Shown in pieces: positions 63,276 to 64,000 of a stretch of 64,000 nucleotides of DNA; the stretch's first letter is position 1; each line of letters begins with the position of its first letter. The position numbers and the translations under genes were made by a program. Source of the DNA: Bdellovibrio sp. (GTDB lineage Bacteria; Bdellovibrionota; Bacteriovoracia; Bacteriovoracales; Bacteriovoracaceae); the NCBI GenBank assembly GCA_022729855.1, contig DZBG01000003.1, positions 257 through 64,256 of the forward strand. The letters run 5' to 3'. The notes beneath the pieces are model-generated. The model worked only from the letters and a program-made list of their open reading frames with translations, ran no database searches and was not told the DNA's origin.

Positions 63276-64000
63276 CTAGATTGACCAGACTAACTCACCG
63301 ATACTACGACGAATTTCATTAAGGCCCGCTTTGTCATACCAATATTTCTTGGTGCCATTTGAAAGAATGATGCTTGCTCGCATTAAAACAGGGTCAATCC
63401 AAACAGATGTTCCAGTAAATCCGAGATGCCCAAAAGTTCCAGCGTGACAGCCAACTCCTGCAAGGGTTTCTTTGGGATTAACAACTCTATCCCAACCAAA
63501 AGCAAATCGATGACTATGTTTTTCTAAATCAGCTTTCGTTTGATTAATAAAATCTGTTCTGTCTTGATAATTTAAAAGAGTTTGTGCCAGACCATTTACT
63601 GTAGAGAATAGTCCCGCATGAGAACAAAACTCTCCGATCGTATAGGCATTAGGATCATGAACTTCTGAATAATTTGGAACTCCATTTCTCATTCCACACT
63701 GAGGTGTTGGAAGTGTTGAGGGAAGATCAAGCCAGTAGATCGTTTCTTTGCTCCAAACTTCTTTGCAAACTTCTTTCATTGATACTGGAGATTTTTTGTT
63801 GAATTCGAGCATTGTTCTTAGTGCTGAATAATCTGAATATAAAGTCTCACTTTCTTTAATTGAGTAAGAATTTATAATCTCTTTCCAGCCATTATGCGGT
63901 AAGAGTCCCCATGCTGGAAGTCCACCACGGTGATTTAAACAAAGAACCATCTCAGGTGTATAAACAGAGCTGCTTAAAAAATATGATAATGAATTTGTAA
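63276..64000 (-). CDS. Beta-lactamase-related (class C-type) serine hydrolase, 5' end outside the window
   Basis: C-terminal 'GTFGHLGFTGTSVWIDP' is typical of AmpC/EstB-like serine hydrolases. The frame stays open from the internal Met at 63950 to the window end, so the SxxK-bearing N-terminus is missing. Confidence 0.7.
   Translation of the reverse strand, partial: TNSLSYFLSSSVYTPEMVLCLNHRGGLPAWGLLPHNGWKEIINSYSIKESETLYSDYSALRTMLEFNKKSPVSMKEVCKEVWSKETIYWLDLPSTLPTPQCGMRNGVPNYSEVHDPNAYTIGEFCSHAGLFSTVNGLAQTLLNYQDRTDFINQTKADLEKHSHRFAFGWDRVVNPKETLAGVGCHAGTFGHLGFTGTSVWIDPVLMRASIILSNGTKKYWYDKAGLNEIRRSIGELVWSI

Noticed and set aside
1-64000. I scanned for rRNA, tRNA, tmRNA/RNase P/SRP signatures, CRISPR repeats, IS elements/transposases, integrases and prophage or toxin-antitoxin modules.
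   Set aside because: None was recognised. Intergenic regions are short and mostly explained by promoters and GC-rich hairpin terminators. This was a by-eye scan only, so tRNAscan/Infernal/ISfinder would be needed to be definitive.

Overview
This is an AT-rich, densely coding chromosomal core segment of about 60 genes from a flagellated Gram-negative bacterium. It combines many signal-peptide hydrolases, a TadG-like giant protein, an HD-GYP protein and a Firmicute/spirochaete-style flagellar operon order with Mla and MreCD-PBP2-RodA. That mix suggests a low-GC Bdellovibrionota-like (Bacteriovorax/Halobacteriovorax-type) organism, but this is a low-confidence inference. Landmarks in order: a possibly edge-truncated hypothetical protein; leuS; MinD/ParA-like ATPase + J-like/HTH protein - rluD - pgeF - VKOR/DsbA fusion - tatD; a secreted metalloprotease pair; a YhaM-like RNase; gap-pgk-tpiA-secG; HD-GYP; ssb; a large TadG-like protein; a histone-H1-like K/A/P repeat protein with an acidic tail; a grx-HD-membrane-rhodanese cluster; marR; mreC-mreD-mrdA-rodA; ppiD; ferredoxin; an S1 protease; a DAACS symporter; a roughly 12-kb minus-strand flagellar operon (degenerate EBP-flgB-flgC-fliE-fliF-fliG-fliH-fliI-fliJ-ylxF-like-fliK-flgD-TIGR02530-like-flgE) preceded by a large TPR protein; lipoprotein-mlaE-mlaF-mlaD; an NtrC-type regulator; metK; and an envelope/peptidoglycan cluster (SleB-like lipoprotein, mpl, App1-like, beta-lactamase-like). 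By eye I saw no rRNA, tRNA, CRISPR array, transposase/integrase, prophage or recognisable defence island. The most notable observations are: (1) an EBP-like AAA+ protein at the head of the flagellar operon that lacks GAFTGA, Walker B and the arginine fingers; (2) a structured 290-bp leader with a terminator/anti-terminator arrangement upstream of a small zinc-ribbon membrane gene; (3) a charge-bipolar H1-like protein; (4) a MinD-like ATPase paired with an HPD-less J-domain/RodZ-type HTH protein. All functional calls come from motif recognition by eye. No database search was run.
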